In this document: piece after piece, positions 19,901 to 28,371 of the stretch
How positions within the stretch are numbered: the first letter of the stretch is position 1
Layout of the letters: every line of letters starts with the position of its first letter
Virus record (IMG/VR): IMGVR_UViG_3300032296_003821
Span: 1 to 64,000 of that record
Strand: one strand, 5' to 3'
DNA length: 64,000 nt
DNA from: a virus
The notes under the pieces: model-generated
Seen by the model: the letters and a program-made list of their open reading frames with translations, nothing else
Databases searched by the model: none
What the model was told of the DNA's origin: nothing
Position numbers and translations under genes: made by a program

Positions 19901-19951
19901 AAAGGAGTTGATGACTATATATTGATTCTTAAGGAAAAAGGCTTGATTTAG
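13952..19951 (+). CDS. 1999-aa baseplate wedge/tail structural protein
   Basis: IYHNLPYLLKAKGT..GL..LI..YG resembles the P2 gpI/T4 gp7 wedge segment; LamG-like central region; S/T/G/N-rich. Confidence 0.7.
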   Translation: MAAEIIPISTQDYFLQNYNPQETNLIPSFELNTVLTENSYIEYFVYDINKTILYSSYSYSQYTVLANGQSAGSNNEISQIIVDPEQSLINTGFSEGEYVTYFNFLNKKIGSNLEQLFISEISSDRTELRLDSTVLTEFSIVDQTTNFVIERENTPYFLDFYLNFGDNRLVIANNILLDNQDPNNPTILVKLYEALPENFDLNSTLWIVTLVEEPVAYQVSFPIIPVEVIDTFPLKGPNFNLDLKDQINNSTITLDYTSLTTTALTSSQNQLKSLLEEKGLDINIDYSDFNNYIHFSSAQLRLENFYYKIQLIEEYTENINLLNSTTNSPFYTSSSIAEYESKIDNIITYFDDYEYYLYYEIGPYAWPKTNLQKPYILATSDSNEVLTWIGSTNPSSPNYGGLLLSASLFDNDNKDYLLYTIPEYLRDDPQNKPYETFIQMVGQLYDGIWVYYKDVISKYNNDNRLEYGVSKDIVADAIRDFGIKLYQNNFSNDDLYTAFLGLTPQGGLFPFPNITGSLPTPSGFEYIDTLISASNDYMPLDDVNKSLYKRIYHNLPYLLKAKGTLPGLRTLITSYGIPDTVLRINEFGGKDKSNINDWDDWQNVFNYAYYNTGSNNITTDWNLNSDWNSPDNIPSTLEFRFKVPDLSIVSGSAYVDLWRTDNDSRIQLRYTGSGLTTDPYSGAIVNPYYQFTHLDFIPDFAGNPTFSASVYLPFANEGWWSIMATRNGNEFKLYAGNNIYEGGENGTQLGFYATSSINVASTAWTSSVTSQFMPQGTEMYLQEIRYYNTVLSESVFKDYIMNPYSSEGNTINSSPDQLTFRLTLGGELYTGSLSVHPKITGSWSATSSFATNSSASFAVTPTFVSNTEYFFFDQPVVGIKNAISDKIRVENSIIPTGSVLSPFRSLAQNLAASQSYTANTNLLEVAFAPQDEINDDIISQIGYFNIGEYIGDPRQRSSSATSYPDLNRLRNEYFEKYTSNYDLNDYIRLIKYFDNSLFKMIKDFVPARTSLASGVVIKQTLLERNKYPQPQVDINSTIAYASSGSQNNIPLVFQDISVSGTVAPQWNDYQPGTIENFSGGTGGVFEPFNGINTSPYGPNGTGPENIFGITQSWYETTITPSGSVLILHDAQDEFYDGEFSGSVLTVTTQSLFTPYPSEFTNFYYKHVHYYPTTGQEVDSGIWDDIFLNPVTSPKNGELFLLSNKDNGTSTQYLKIAKFDCSGSNVSSTLEQIESVYILNANTNTNVYTKYEVTLINESPDYYLYDVLNDPPISTPLSLSIPNQLFNYRVSASNVPGLQPVSTGTSPTTINSYGTATGNALGYFDAFSGIHTLGDTPNTVLAVTGSAVISGSSGRFFIYLDRQGTSTTLSTANYTSETPIAISASYYGLQGDQLYLAATTTNPTFGATRIRSGSLLITQSRAVNTSSCLPVIFEPYVTVPNYYSSDYNPLLNNVFTDRLSTIYQDVDYSTGIYTPTNFSFLISGSALKAAVQDSNYTSKRVILPRYEGSKSTSQQLNKFTLGDTGTYGKLPTVESLKTMVAYCDDIGGWPPERENASAAFVKYLIKSDGSVIIPNTTPNSLADNQETFESGENVLVQFTGTGNQVTPIRKIIRGGTRIEPIIYTQYGQNPASWNTTMSFSTDFITSTAVGNYVAKSAPSTDNSVIADGTTYSGINMNNNILLGAQASAWTNNYYTVNQDIIDENVTLIAGGEIEVGILVGALGAQYHYVTIRLVRERGGVKTELTSSTKLANQSSYNSSIDTWGSNDIAYIYPKFNLSAQLNPQDILAGDRIYYDAAHVTSTYGIAGNPSTSTVYINRNTSYLFIGQSPAQTNTIVYSTGVNTLWGYPNNTKLYAITCSNSTLNQLYDNGFVMNDITGSGFNSIILEWNVKYGDEFKFEGNENNVFVVKRAYDVNDFDSERISQTGSVEIQFNAQLPSQSINLDHFAIRRYVDDASQILIEGFKPTGSSGPYILRPEYITPELDKGVDDYILILKEKGLI

Positions 19952-19990
19952 CAATATTTATTACATATAATACACCAATAATAAAACACA

Positions 19991-20656
19991 ATGGGATATT
20001 TAAATAACCAAGTCGTAACAGTAGATGCGATTTTAACAAATAAAGGTAGAGAACTTTTAGCAAAAAATGACGGTTCATTCCGTATTACACAATTTGCTTT
20101 AGCAGATGATGAGATCGATTATACATTGTATAACCCAACTCATCCATCTGGATCTTCATTTTATGGTGAAGCCATCCAAAACATGCCTTTACTTGAAGCG
20201 TTTCCAATTGAAACCCAAATCATGAAATATAAATTAGCTACTCTACCACGTGGAACAGCTAAATTACCTGTACTTGATTTAGGATACTCAGCAATTACAT
20301 TAGTACAAGGAGCTTCACTTGCAATTACTCCTCAAACATTAAACTATTTAGGAAACAATCAAACCTTTGAAACTAGCGGTTATTCAGCTACAATTTCTGA
20401 TGTTCGTCTATTTAGTACATTTACTGGAATCGGAATCAATACTCCGGCAGCAATCGCAGCTAATGCAGCAGTTACCTCAACAACTACACTTGGAACAAAT
20501 GTATCAACAACAGTGATTGGTTCTCAAATTAACCTAAGAGCAACTACAGTTAATACATTATTTGGCACAAATACCCAATTATCAGCTACATTAACTGTTG
20601 TAGGCCTAGATAGCGGTGCTCGCTTAACTATCCCAGTTGTAATTAATCAAAACTAA
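19991..20656 (+). CDS. tail collar/fibre-attachment-like protein
   Basis: AILTNKGRELLA...ITQFALADDEIDY resembles the N-terminal half of the DUF3751 tail-collar domain; ATATTTAT at 19954-19961. Confidence 0.6.
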   Translation: MGYLNNQVVTVDAILTNKGRELLAKNDGSFRITQFALADDEIDYTLYNPTHPSGSSFYGEAIQNMPLLEAFPIETQIMKYKLATLPRGTAKLPVLDLGYSAITLVQGASLAITPQTLNYLGNNQTFETSGYSATISDVRLFSTFTGIGINTPAAIAANAAVTSTTTLGTNVSTTVIGSQINLRATTVNTLFGTNTQLSATLTVVGLDSGARLTIPVVINQN

Positions 20657-20670
20657 TTAAAATATAAATA

Positions 20671-21684
20671 ATGGCGTTTAAAAGATTTGATCCTGAAGAT
20701 TTTGTAGTAAGTAGTGATTCAATCACTTCTACACTTTGGTCAACCGGAGCCCCTACTCTAACAGAATTTTATACCTCTTCAGTTCAAGCAGCTGGGTCAT
20801 CTGGTAATTATTATTTAAGTGTATATCAAACTTCTTCTTTATTAACCTCAGCACAAGTACAGTTTGACATTGCTTATGCTGATGCTTTAGGAAGTGGTAG
20901 TACATTATATAACCCAATCGTACCTGAAAATTCATATACTAAAACAGTTTATGGACAATACCGTTCATTGATTTTAGAAGATGAAAATGCTTATTTTACT
21001 TTTGGAGTAGGAAATAATGTTATAACTAGTTCATTCTTTTGGGTTATTTCTATTGAACGTGCAAATTATAAACAATCTCTCTTCCCGGGTTCATTAAATC
21101 TCCAACTTTCAGGTTCAGGGGGAATTATTAACTTAACAGATAATTCTTTAGATGCTCCTGTTAATCAATTTATAGGATCATCTCAAGTATACCAATTAAT
21201 TTCAGGCTCAAATGGTACAGCCGGTTCATTATCAGGTAGCGGGTATGTCTCAAATTCAGGCTCATATGGTTTAGTATTCCCTCAATTAGGAACTATTTTA
21301 ATTAATCCATATGCTGTATCTCAATCTATAGGATTATTTCCTTCCCGTTCCAATAATTCAGATGGTTTTAATAATAATCGATTATTAAATTCGATTGTTT
21401 TAGGTGAATCATTTACATTGAATTCCCAAGAGACAATTACTTCAGATTATGTATTTGTTAGAGCACGTAACTCAGAATTTAACTACTCAGAAAACCCATC
21501 ATTTATTTCAGGTTCTACAGGTGAAGTAATTTATAGTAATTTTATTAATGCTCCTCAAGTTTATATTACAACTGTAGGAATGTATAATGATAGTAATGAT
21601 CTATTAGCAGTTGCTAAAATGTCACGTCCATTATTAAAAGATTTTACAAAAGAAGCACTCATACGAGTTAAACTAGATTTTTAA
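20671..21684 (+). CDS. baseplate/tail-collar structural protein
   Basis: C-terminal EFNYSENPS...YITTVGMYND.NDLLAVAK.SRP. Confidence 0.65.
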   Translation: MAFKRFDPEDFVVSSDSITSTLWSTGAPTLTEFYTSSVQAAGSSGNYYLSVYQTSSLLTSAQVQFDIAYADALGSGSTLYNPIVPENSYTKTVYGQYRSLILEDENAYFTFGVGNNVITSSFFWVISIERANYKQSLFPGSLNLQLSGSGGIINLTDNSLDAPVNQFIGSSQVYQLISGSNGTAGSLSGSGYVSNSGSYGLVFPQLGTILINPYAVSQSIGLFPSRSNNSDGFNNNRLLNSIVLGESFTLNSQETITSDYVFVRARNSEFNYSENPSFISGSTGEVIYSNFINAPQVYITTVGMYNDSNDLLAVAKMSRPLLKDFTKEALIRVKLDF

Positions 21685-21690
21685 GAATGA

Positions 21691-22644
21691 ATGAGCGTAT
21701 TCAAGTCATTTATAACGTCTGATGTCATTGTATCTCCTTTTGAGGTAAATAAATCATTTACCTTTAGAGGAAATGAATTAACTGCCTCAAATGTAGAAAT
21801 TGATAGATACCTTGGAAAAAATGTTACAGCTTCTCTTTGGACCTCAGGTTCATACCCAACAGGACAAATTAATATACAAGATCAAATTTTAGTATATCGT
21901 TCAATTAGAGAACTTTATTATTCAAATTATCTTTTAAATGATGATGGTTCTCCTGCAGCAACTGCCTCTTTTAATTTAGATGGAACTATAACAGGAACTG
22001 CTTATACTCCAAATTATTACAATTATTTATCTTCTACCCTCCCAGCAAATAGGTATTTCCCAACATCATCAGATGACGTGATAGGAGTTATTTCTATTCC
22101 TTCTAATTTATTTGGACAATATATAAAACCTGGAACATTTACTCTTTCAAATTCTAATTTTATTTTAAATGATGATGGTGAAGGTAATATTATATCTGGA
22201 AGTTACAAAATAGGAGATATAATTTATGAGCATGGAATAATTATATTAACTAGTGATGGTATTCCTGATGAAGATGGATATGGTTTTGTTACCTATGAAG
22301 GTGGTCTTTATGATGTAGGAGATGTATCTTTCATTACTAATTTTGTTAATGGAACTGATATTACTTGTTCATTTTCATCCTCTCTTACAATATTTGAAAC
22401 TCAATATAAATGCACTATTCGAGAAAATGAATTTAATTTCTCCCAAAACCCAACTTTAATTTCAGGAAGTTCAAACAGCGGAGTTGTATATAACTTTGCA
22501 ACAGGTTCTTATTTTTCACCTTATGTGACTACAGTAGGTCTATATGACAACAATTATAACTTATTAGCTGTAGCTAAACTTGCACAACCTCTCCCTACAT
22601 CTGCTGTTACTGATACTTCTATATTAGTAAACTTAGATCTCTAA
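21691..22644 (+). CDS. baseplate/tail-collar structural protein, paralog of 20671
   Basis: EFNFSQNPT...YVTTVGLYDN.YNLLAVAKLAQP. Confidence 0.65.
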   Translation: MSVFKSFITSDVIVSPFEVNKSFTFRGNELTASNVEIDRYLGKNVTASLWTSGSYPTGQINIQDQILVYRSIRELYYSNYLLNDDGSPAATASFNLDGTITGTAYTPNYYNYLSSTLPANRYFPTSSDDVIGVISIPSNLFGQYIKPGTFTLSNSNFILNDDGEGNIISGSYKIGDIIYEHGIIILTSDGIPDEDGYGFVTYEGGLYDVGDVSFITNFVNGTDITCSFSSSLTIFETQYKCTIRENEFNFSQNPTLISGSSNSGVVYNFATGSYFSPYVTTVGLYDNNYNLLAVAKLAQPLPTSAVTDTSILVNLDL

Positions 22645-22647
22645 ATC

Positions 22648-23097
22648 ATGAATTGGTTATATAAAAAAGAAGAAATCTCTGATTTCTCTCAATTCCCAAA
22701 TAACACATTTGGGTTCATTTACAAGATTACCCATATACCTTCAGGTAAATCCTACATTGGTAAAAAAGTACTTTACCATAACAAAAAAGTAAAGTTAACC
22801 AAAAAAGAACTTGCAATGTATGAAGGTGTAGCAGGCCGTAGAGCTTCCTACAAAATGGTAATTACTGAATCCGATTGGAAAAAATATTGGGGTTCAAACA
22901 AAACATTACTTGAACTTAAAAAAACTGAACCATTAGAAAATTTCAAACGCGAGATTTTGATAATGTGCCCTACTAAAAAACTTTTAACGTACTACGAAAC
23001 ACAAACATTATTTGTTTATAGAGTTTTAGAGGAACCCGATCTATATTTTAATGACAATATTTTAGGCAAGTTTTTCCGAAAAGATTTTGATATCTAA
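22648..23097 (+). CDS. GIY-YIG nuclease (Seg-like)
   Basis: GFIYKIT....GKSYIGKK, Y.GS, F.REIL, E, N. Confidence 0.85.
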   Translation: MNWLYKKEEISDFSQFPNNTFGFIYKITHIPSGKSYIGKKVLYHNKKVKLTKKELAMYEGVAGRRASYKMVITESDWKKYWGSNKTLLELKKTEPLENFKREILIMCPTKKLLTYYETQTLFVYRVLEEPDLYFNDNILGKFFRKDFDI

Positions 23098-23116
23098 AAA
23101 AGATATTGTATCTTAA
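23086..23116 (+). promoter_or_regulatory. Bacteroidota sigma-A-type promoter for primase
   Basis: TTTG-N19-TATCTTAA directly before ATG 23121. Confidence 0.55.
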
Positions 23117-23120
23117 GGTT

Positions 23121-24050
23121 ATGGTAAATGAACTGTTAGTTAATCTAGTTAACGGTGTCTTAGGCACAGGCAAACGTACAGCACGAGGGAATCAAGCATA
23201 CACTTGTCCATTTTGTCATCACCATAAACCAAAACTTGAAGTTAATTTTACCGAAAACAAAGACGGTGTTAATAAATGGGCTTGTTGGGCTTGCGGTAAA
23301 AAAGGTAAAACCATAAGAAGTTTATTTAAACAAGTACAAGTTGATGCTTCCTACTTTCAAGAACTTTCTAAACTTGTAAAAAATGTCTCTACTGAAGATA
23401 TAGGAGAGGTAAAACATGCTTTACTTGAATTGCCAAAGGAATTTAAAACCTTTATTAACAATAAAGATATTGTAGCAAGACATGCTTTTGCTTATCTCAA
23501 AAAAAGAAATATTACCAAACAAGATATTCTTAAATATAATATAGGCTATTGTGATTCAGGACAATATGCTAATATGATTGTTATACCCTCATATGATAGC
23601 ACCGGTAAATTAAATTATTTTACCGCGAGATCATTTGAGAAAGATCCTTACACCAAGTACCGCAACCCTGAAACGTCTCGCGATATTATACCGTTTGAAT
23701 TGTTTATTAACTGGGATTTGCCTATTATACTATGTGAGGGTCCATTTGATGCTATGGCGATCAAACGCAACGTAGTTCCATTGCTTGGTAAAAATATTCA
23801 ATCTAGTTTGATGAAAAAGCTAGTAGAATCTAAAGTACAAAAAATATATATTGCCCTAGACAACGATGCTATTTCAAAAGCCCTTGGTTTTTGTGAACAG
23901 CTTTTGGACATTGGGAAAGAAGTCTATTTGGTAGAACTTGAAGGTAAAGATCCTAGTGAAATGGGGTTTGAAAACTTCACCAAATTGATACAAACCGTTT
24001 CTCCATTAACACAATATAAACTTATGGAGAAAAAATTATTTACTCTATGA
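23121..24050 (+). CDS. DNA primase (DnaG-type, Zn finger plus TOPRIM)
   Basis: CPFC...CWAC Zn finger; EGPFDA, LDND and KDP TOPRIM motifs. Start moved to ATG 23121. Confidence 0.92.
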   Translation: MVNELLVNLVNGVLGTGKRTARGNQAYTCPFCHHHKPKLEVNFTENKDGVNKWACWACGKKGKTIRSLFKQVQVDASYFQELSKLVKNVSTEDIGEVKHALLELPKEFKTFINNKDIVARHAFAYLKKRNITKQDILKYNIGYCDSGQYANMIVIPSYDSTGKLNYFTARSFEKDPYTKYRNPETSRDIIPFELFINWDLPIILCEGPFDAMAIKRNVVPLLGKNIQSSLMKKLVESKVQKIYIALDNDAISKALGFCEQLLDIGKEVYLVELEGKDPSEMGFENFTKLIQTVSPLTQYKLMEKKLFTL

Positions 24051-24820
24051 AGAAAAGGAACATTAAACAATCCTACAATCGCATCTTAGAAATCTCAGAT
24101 GATGCAACCCAAATAACCCTCCCAGATTCTCGCTACTATCGTCGCAATGGAAAGTATTACCCTTCAGTAACATATGTTTTAGGTTACTATCCAAAAGGAA
24201 AATTTTTTGAAAATTGGCTAAAACAAGTAGGTTTCTCTGCTGACTATATTGTTAAAAAAGCAGCTGAAGAAGGTACTCAAGTGCATGAACTAGCTGAAGC
24301 TTATTTAAATGGTGAGGAATTAAACTTTCTAGATGAACGTGGTCGTCCACAATATAATCCTGATGTTTGGCAAATGTTTTTACGTTTTGTTGAATTTTGG
24401 GAAACATTCAAACCTACCTTAATTGAAACTGAAGTTCACATCTTTTCAGATGAACTTAAAGTAGCAGGTACGTGTGACTTAATCGTTAGAATCAATGGTG
24501 AATTGTGGTTATTGGATTTAAAAACATCCAATCAACTTCAAACAGTATATGAGCTACAAACCGCAGTTTATGGTCAATGTTATGAAGAATGTTTTGGACA
24601 AAAAATAGATCGTTATGGTATCCTATGGTTAAAATCATCTAAACGAGGTGCTAAAAAGGATAAAATGCAAGGCAAAGGTTGGGAGATAGTTGAATCATCT
24701 CGCACATTTGAGGAAAACATTGATATCTTTAAAACAGTAAAACGCTTATTTGATTTAGAAAACCCAACACATTCTCCAGTATTTACTGAATTTAGAACAA
24801 CAGCTAAACGAGATTTGTAA
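24047..24820 (+). CDS. PD-(D/E)XK exonuclease (RecB/Cas4-like phage nuclease)
   Basis: YPSVT, GT.VH, E, AGTCD, LDLKTS, Q...Y motifs. Confidence 0.88.
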   Translation: MKKRNIKQSYNRILEISDDATQITLPDSRYYRRNGKYYPSVTYVLGYYPKGKFFENWLKQVGFSADYIVKKAAEEGTQVHELAEAYLNGEELNFLDERGRPQYNPDVWQMFLRFVEFWETFKPTLIETEVHIFSDELKVAGTCDLIVRINGELWLLDLKTSNQLQTVYELQTAVYGQCYEECFGQKIDRYGILWLKSSKRGAKKDKMQGKGWEIVESSRTFEENIDIFKTVKRLFDLENPTHSPVFTEFRTTAKRDL

Positions 24821-24831
24821 TACGTATAAGT

Positions 24832-25581
24832 ATGATAAGCCTGGTTCAATTGTTAAAGGAGGTTCAAACCCAACCTAAAGCCATTTTGATGGCAGGTCCT
24901 GCGGGCGCAGGAAAATCCTATACACTTAACCAATTAGGTCTTCAAGGCTTTACTACAATTAATGTAGATGATGATTTTGAAGAACTCTTACAAAAAGAAC
25001 TAGGCAAATCAGACTTTGCTTCAATGTCTCCCGAAGAACTTTCCATTGCTGCTAAAATGATGGGTAAGGCTAGAGCTACAACTAAAGAAAAAGAGTTGTT
25101 AGCTACCACTAATCTGAACAATATCATTGTTGATGGAACTGGTGCCTCATATAAGGTAGTGGCAAAGAAAAAGGAAGAACTTGAAAACATGGGTTATGAT
25201 GTCTTCATGATTCTAATTTATGTTTCACCGATGACTTCGCTGACTCGTAACGCTCAACGTGGTAGAAGTTTACCTACAAGCGCAGTATTGAAAAGCTGGG
25301 CTAATGTAGTTAACAATATTGAACCATACAGACAATTATTTGGAAATAATATAGTTGTTATCAACAACGACCCTTCAGACGCTAATAAAACATTTGATTC
25401 TGAAGCTATTCAAAAATTATTTCCTATGCCAAAAGGAAAAGAAAAATCTCCTGAGGAAATAGCAAAAATTAAAGCCGAAAGAGAAGCAACTAATCAACAA
25501 ATCCAAGCTTTACTCCAAAAAGAACCTGAATTTGATTCAATGGAGGTAGCAAAAAGTAAAGTAAATGAATTCACTCGTTAA
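24832..25581 (+). CDS. P-loop kinase (zeta toxin/AAA_33 family) with N-terminal leader
   Basis: AGPAGAGKS, IN.DD, IIVDGTG, RN..R.R; leader MISLVQLLKE; ATACGTAT at 24820-24827. Confidence 0.85.
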   Translation: MISLVQLLKEVQTQPKAILMAGPAGAGKSYTLNQLGLQGFTTINVDDDFEELLQKELGKSDFASMSPEELSIAAKMMGKARATTKEKELLATTNLNNIIVDGTGASYKVVAKKKEELENMGYDVFMILIYVSPMTSLTRNAQRGRSLPTSAVLKSWANVVNNIEPYRQLFGNNIVVINNDPSDANKTFDSEAIQKLFPMPKGKEKSPEEIAKIKAEREATNQQIQALLQKEPEFDSMEVAKSKVNEFTR

Positions 25582-27262
25582 GTCACTTATACAACCTATT
25601 TTAGAACAAGAAAAACAAAAAATTGCTCTTGTTCCTGGTGGATTTAAACCACCTACAGTGGGTCATTTCTCTTTAGTTGATGAAGTAGCTAAAAACCCAA
25701 ACATTGATAAAGTACTTGTTTTAATCGGTCATAAAAACCGAGACGGTGTCTCTAAAATAGAAAGTAAAAAAATATGGGATATTTACAAAAAATATCTCCC
25801 TTCAAACGTTGAAATCCAAATCTCAGATAATTCTTCTCCAATAGCAGATGTCGCCTCAATAATCAAAAACAATCCAGACACTATGTTTTATCCTGTAGTA
25901 GGAATTCGAGGTGAAATGGATTTAGGTGATCTAAAACGCTTTGATAGCTTAAAAGGAAAATACGATAATTTCCAAACCATTGTAATCAAATCAGAAGAAG
26001 GTGAAAATCGTGTTAGCGGTACAAATACACGTGCTGCTTTAATTGGTGGAGAAAAAGAAAGATTCCAATCATATCTTCCAACTGAACTTTCAGATGAAGA
26101 AAAAGAAGAAGTTTGGTCTATTCTCCAAAAAACACCTATTGAAGAAATGTATGCTGAACCTAGTGAGTTTAGCTACCCCCCAATGATTAAATCACTTACA
26201 GAATATATGTTAGATAAAGGTATGAATATTCGTCCTTTACCTAAAGTAAAATTTGTAAACGATGATGCTGAAAATGCTAAAAATTTCTTCGGTAAAACAG
26301 CATATTATAATCCGAATGAACGCGTTATAGTACTTTATACTATGGGTCGTCATCCTAAAGATGTTATGCGTTCTTATGCACATGAAATGATCCACCACAT
26401 GCAAAACTGTGATGGTCGTTTGGAAGGTATTACCACTCAAAATACAAACGAGGAAGGTGATTTACCTGAAATCGAAAGAGAAGCATACGAAAAAGGAAAT
26501 ATGACTTTCCGAAATTGGACAGATACACTTACTGAAGGTGTACTTGGAAATAAAATAGTATGTGATAATTGTGGATGGAGTTGGAAAATAGTAGATGGTG
26601 GAGATGATTTATATATTTGCCATAAGTGTGGGCATGACAATACTCCAATGTCTTTAAATGAAGGCCGTTACGATAAAATATCAAATCAAATATCCTCTGC
26701 TATTTTTAAACAATGGAGAGAAGATATTAACAATGGTGCTAAAGCATCTCGTTTAGAGCAATCATTCCCGTTTGGAGACGAAGAAATTTCAATAGACGCT
26801 AACATCTCAGTTGTTCCTGGTTTAGGAAAATTAAATGTAGATGGTGGTGCTGATGATACTGAAGATTATATCCAAGTACGTTTTGAAATTGATCCTGAAA
26901 AACTCCCTGAATTTTGGGAAGAAATTTCAATGAATTTAAAAGATGTTATCCGTCATGAAATTGAACATTTAACTCATGGTGAAGGATTTACCTCCAACCC
27001 AAGTAAAACGATGGAAGATGATATGTTTATCCGTCAAATGATAGACATGGAAATGTTACCTAGAGCAGATTATTTTAAACTTGAAAAAGAAATAGATGCT
27101 AATTTGCAAGGAATGTATTTTCGCGCTAAAAAAGAAAAACGTCCATTTGGAGATGTAATCAACACGTATTTAGATGCTCAAGATATTACACCTGATCAAA
27201 AAGAAGAAATAATGGATCTTTGGAGACGTAGGCTACCTGCATTAAATTTGCCAAAATTCTAA
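25565..27262 (+). CDS. HxGH-type nucleotidyltransferase fused to two HExxH metallopeptidase-like modules and a Zn ribbon
   Basis: PGGFKPPTVGH and VSGT..R; AHEMIHH...E.EAY; CDNCG...CHKCG; RHEIEH...E.DA. Confidence 0.8.
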   Translation: MNSLVKSLIQPILEQEKQKIALVPGGFKPPTVGHFSLVDEVAKNPNIDKVLVLIGHKNRDGVSKIESKKIWDIYKKYLPSNVEIQISDNSSPIADVASIIKNNPDTMFYPVVGIRGEMDLGDLKRFDSLKGKYDNFQTIVIKSEEGENRVSGTNTRAALIGGEKERFQSYLPTELSDEEKEEVWSILQKTPIEEMYAEPSEFSYPPMIKSLTEYMLDKGMNIRPLPKVKFVNDDAENAKNFFGKTAYYNPNERVIVLYTMGRHPKDVMRSYAHEMIHHMQNCDGRLEGITTQNTNEEGDLPEIEREAYEKGNMTFRNWTDTLTEGVLGNKIVCDNCGWSWKIVDGGDDLYICHKCGHDNTPMSLNEGRYDKISNQISSAIFKQWREDINNGAKASRLEQSFPFGDEEISIDANISVVPGLGKLNVDGGADDTEDYIQVRFEIDPEKLPEFWEEISMNLKDVIRHEIEHLTHGEGFTSNPSKTMEDDMFIRQMIDMEMLPRADYFKLEKEIDANLQGMYFRAKKEKRPFGDVINTYLDAQDITPDQKEEIMDLWRRRLPALNLPKF

Positions 27263-27271
27263 CTTTACAAA

Positions 27272-27799
27272 ATGCCAAATTTATTAGATTTATACGAAGC
27301 AATCAAACCAAAATATCTCATTTTTTGTGATATGGATGGTGTATTAGTTGACTTTGATAAAGGATATGAAGAACTAACTGGTAAAAGTACAAAACACCAT
27401 GACGTTCAAGATAAAAACGATTTCTGGAGACTATTAGATAAAAGTCTTGAAGAAAAAGGTCTAGAAGAATATGATTATTGGGTAAATTTGCCTTGGATGC
27501 CTGATGGTAAAACCCTTTGGAACTATATTTCCCCATATAAACCATATGTTTTAACAGCCCCTTCATTAGACCCAGGTTCTAAAGTAGCAAAACGTGAATG
27601 GGTAGAAAAAGAATTACCTGAGGCAAAAAATGTATACTTTAGAAAAGCAGCTCTTAAACCAGAATTTTCAGGTAAAAATCGTATTTTGATAGACGATAGA
27701 GAAGATACTATTGAGGGTTGGATTGCTAAAGGAGGCATCGGTATCCACCATACTTCAGCAGCTAATACTATTAAACAATTAAAAGATTTAGGCTTATAA
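27272..27799 (+). CDS. HAD-family 5'(3')-nucleotidase/phosphatase
   Basis: DMDGVLVDF, LT, K..W, LIDD, W...GG.GI. Confidence 0.88.
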   Translation: MPNLLDLYEAIKPKYLIFCDMDGVLVDFDKGYEELTGKSTKHHDVQDKNDFWRLLDKSLEEKGLEEYDYWVNLPWMPDGKTLWNYISPYKPYVLTAPSLDPGSKVAKREWVEKELPEAKNVYFRKAALKPEFSGKNRILIDDREDTIEGWIAKGGIGIHHTSAANTIKQLKDLGL

Positions 27800-28371
27800 T
27801 GGCAGATTCAGTTTTAAAAAAAGAATTCCAAAAACGTGATGTAGAACGTTTACGTAACCTTGTAAAAGGTAAACATGGTGACCGTACTACTATGGGAATT
27901 GGTTATAGTGGTGAAGTAAGAGAAGATCACAAAGAAGGCGATGTTTGGGAAGAAAAAGGTAAAACTTGGACTATCCGAGATGGCATTAAAGAAAATATTA
28001 CTAAGCTAGATAAAATAAAAAAAGTAGCTGTTCCATTATTTTGTCCTAAATGCAAACAAGTAATGGATAAACAGTTAGATCCATTTTATTTTAAAGCATA
28101 TGGTGAATGTTTGGATTGTAGAGCCAAAACAGAAACCCAGATGAAAATTGCTGGTACTTGGCAAGATTATGTTAATCAAACATTTAATACTGAAATTGAT
28201 CAACAAATACAAGAATATAAAAATTGGTTTGAAAATATCTTAGCTGATACAGCAGATGGATATGTTTCTGAAAATGGTGAAGTACAAAAATGGGTCGGAG
28301 GAATAGACAAAGAACGTGCCCAAGAGTCTTTAGATGATGTAGTTAAATATTTAAATTCACTAAAAAAATAA
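27799..28371 (+). CDS. Zn-finger-containing hypothetical protein
   Basis: CPKC...CLDC; KEGDVWEE.GK.W motif. Confidence 0.75.
   Translation: MADSVLKKEFQKRDVERLRNLVKGKHGDRTTMGIGYSGEVREDHKEGDVWEEKGKTWTIRDGIKENITKLDKIKKVAVPLFCPKCKQVMDKQLDPFYFKAYGECLDCRAKTETQMKIAGTWQDYVNQTFNTEIDQQIQEYKNWFENILADTADGYVSENGEVQKWVGGIDKERAQESLDDVVKYLNSLKK

Noticed and set aside
24047-24820. Cas4 as part of a CRISPR system
   Set aside because: It is a stand-alone phage PD-(D/E)XK exonuclease without the four-Cys cluster pattern, other cas genes or an array.
24832-25581. Zeta/epsilon toxin-antitoxin module
   Set aside because: There is no adjacent small antitoxin gene, and the family includes many non-toxin kinases.
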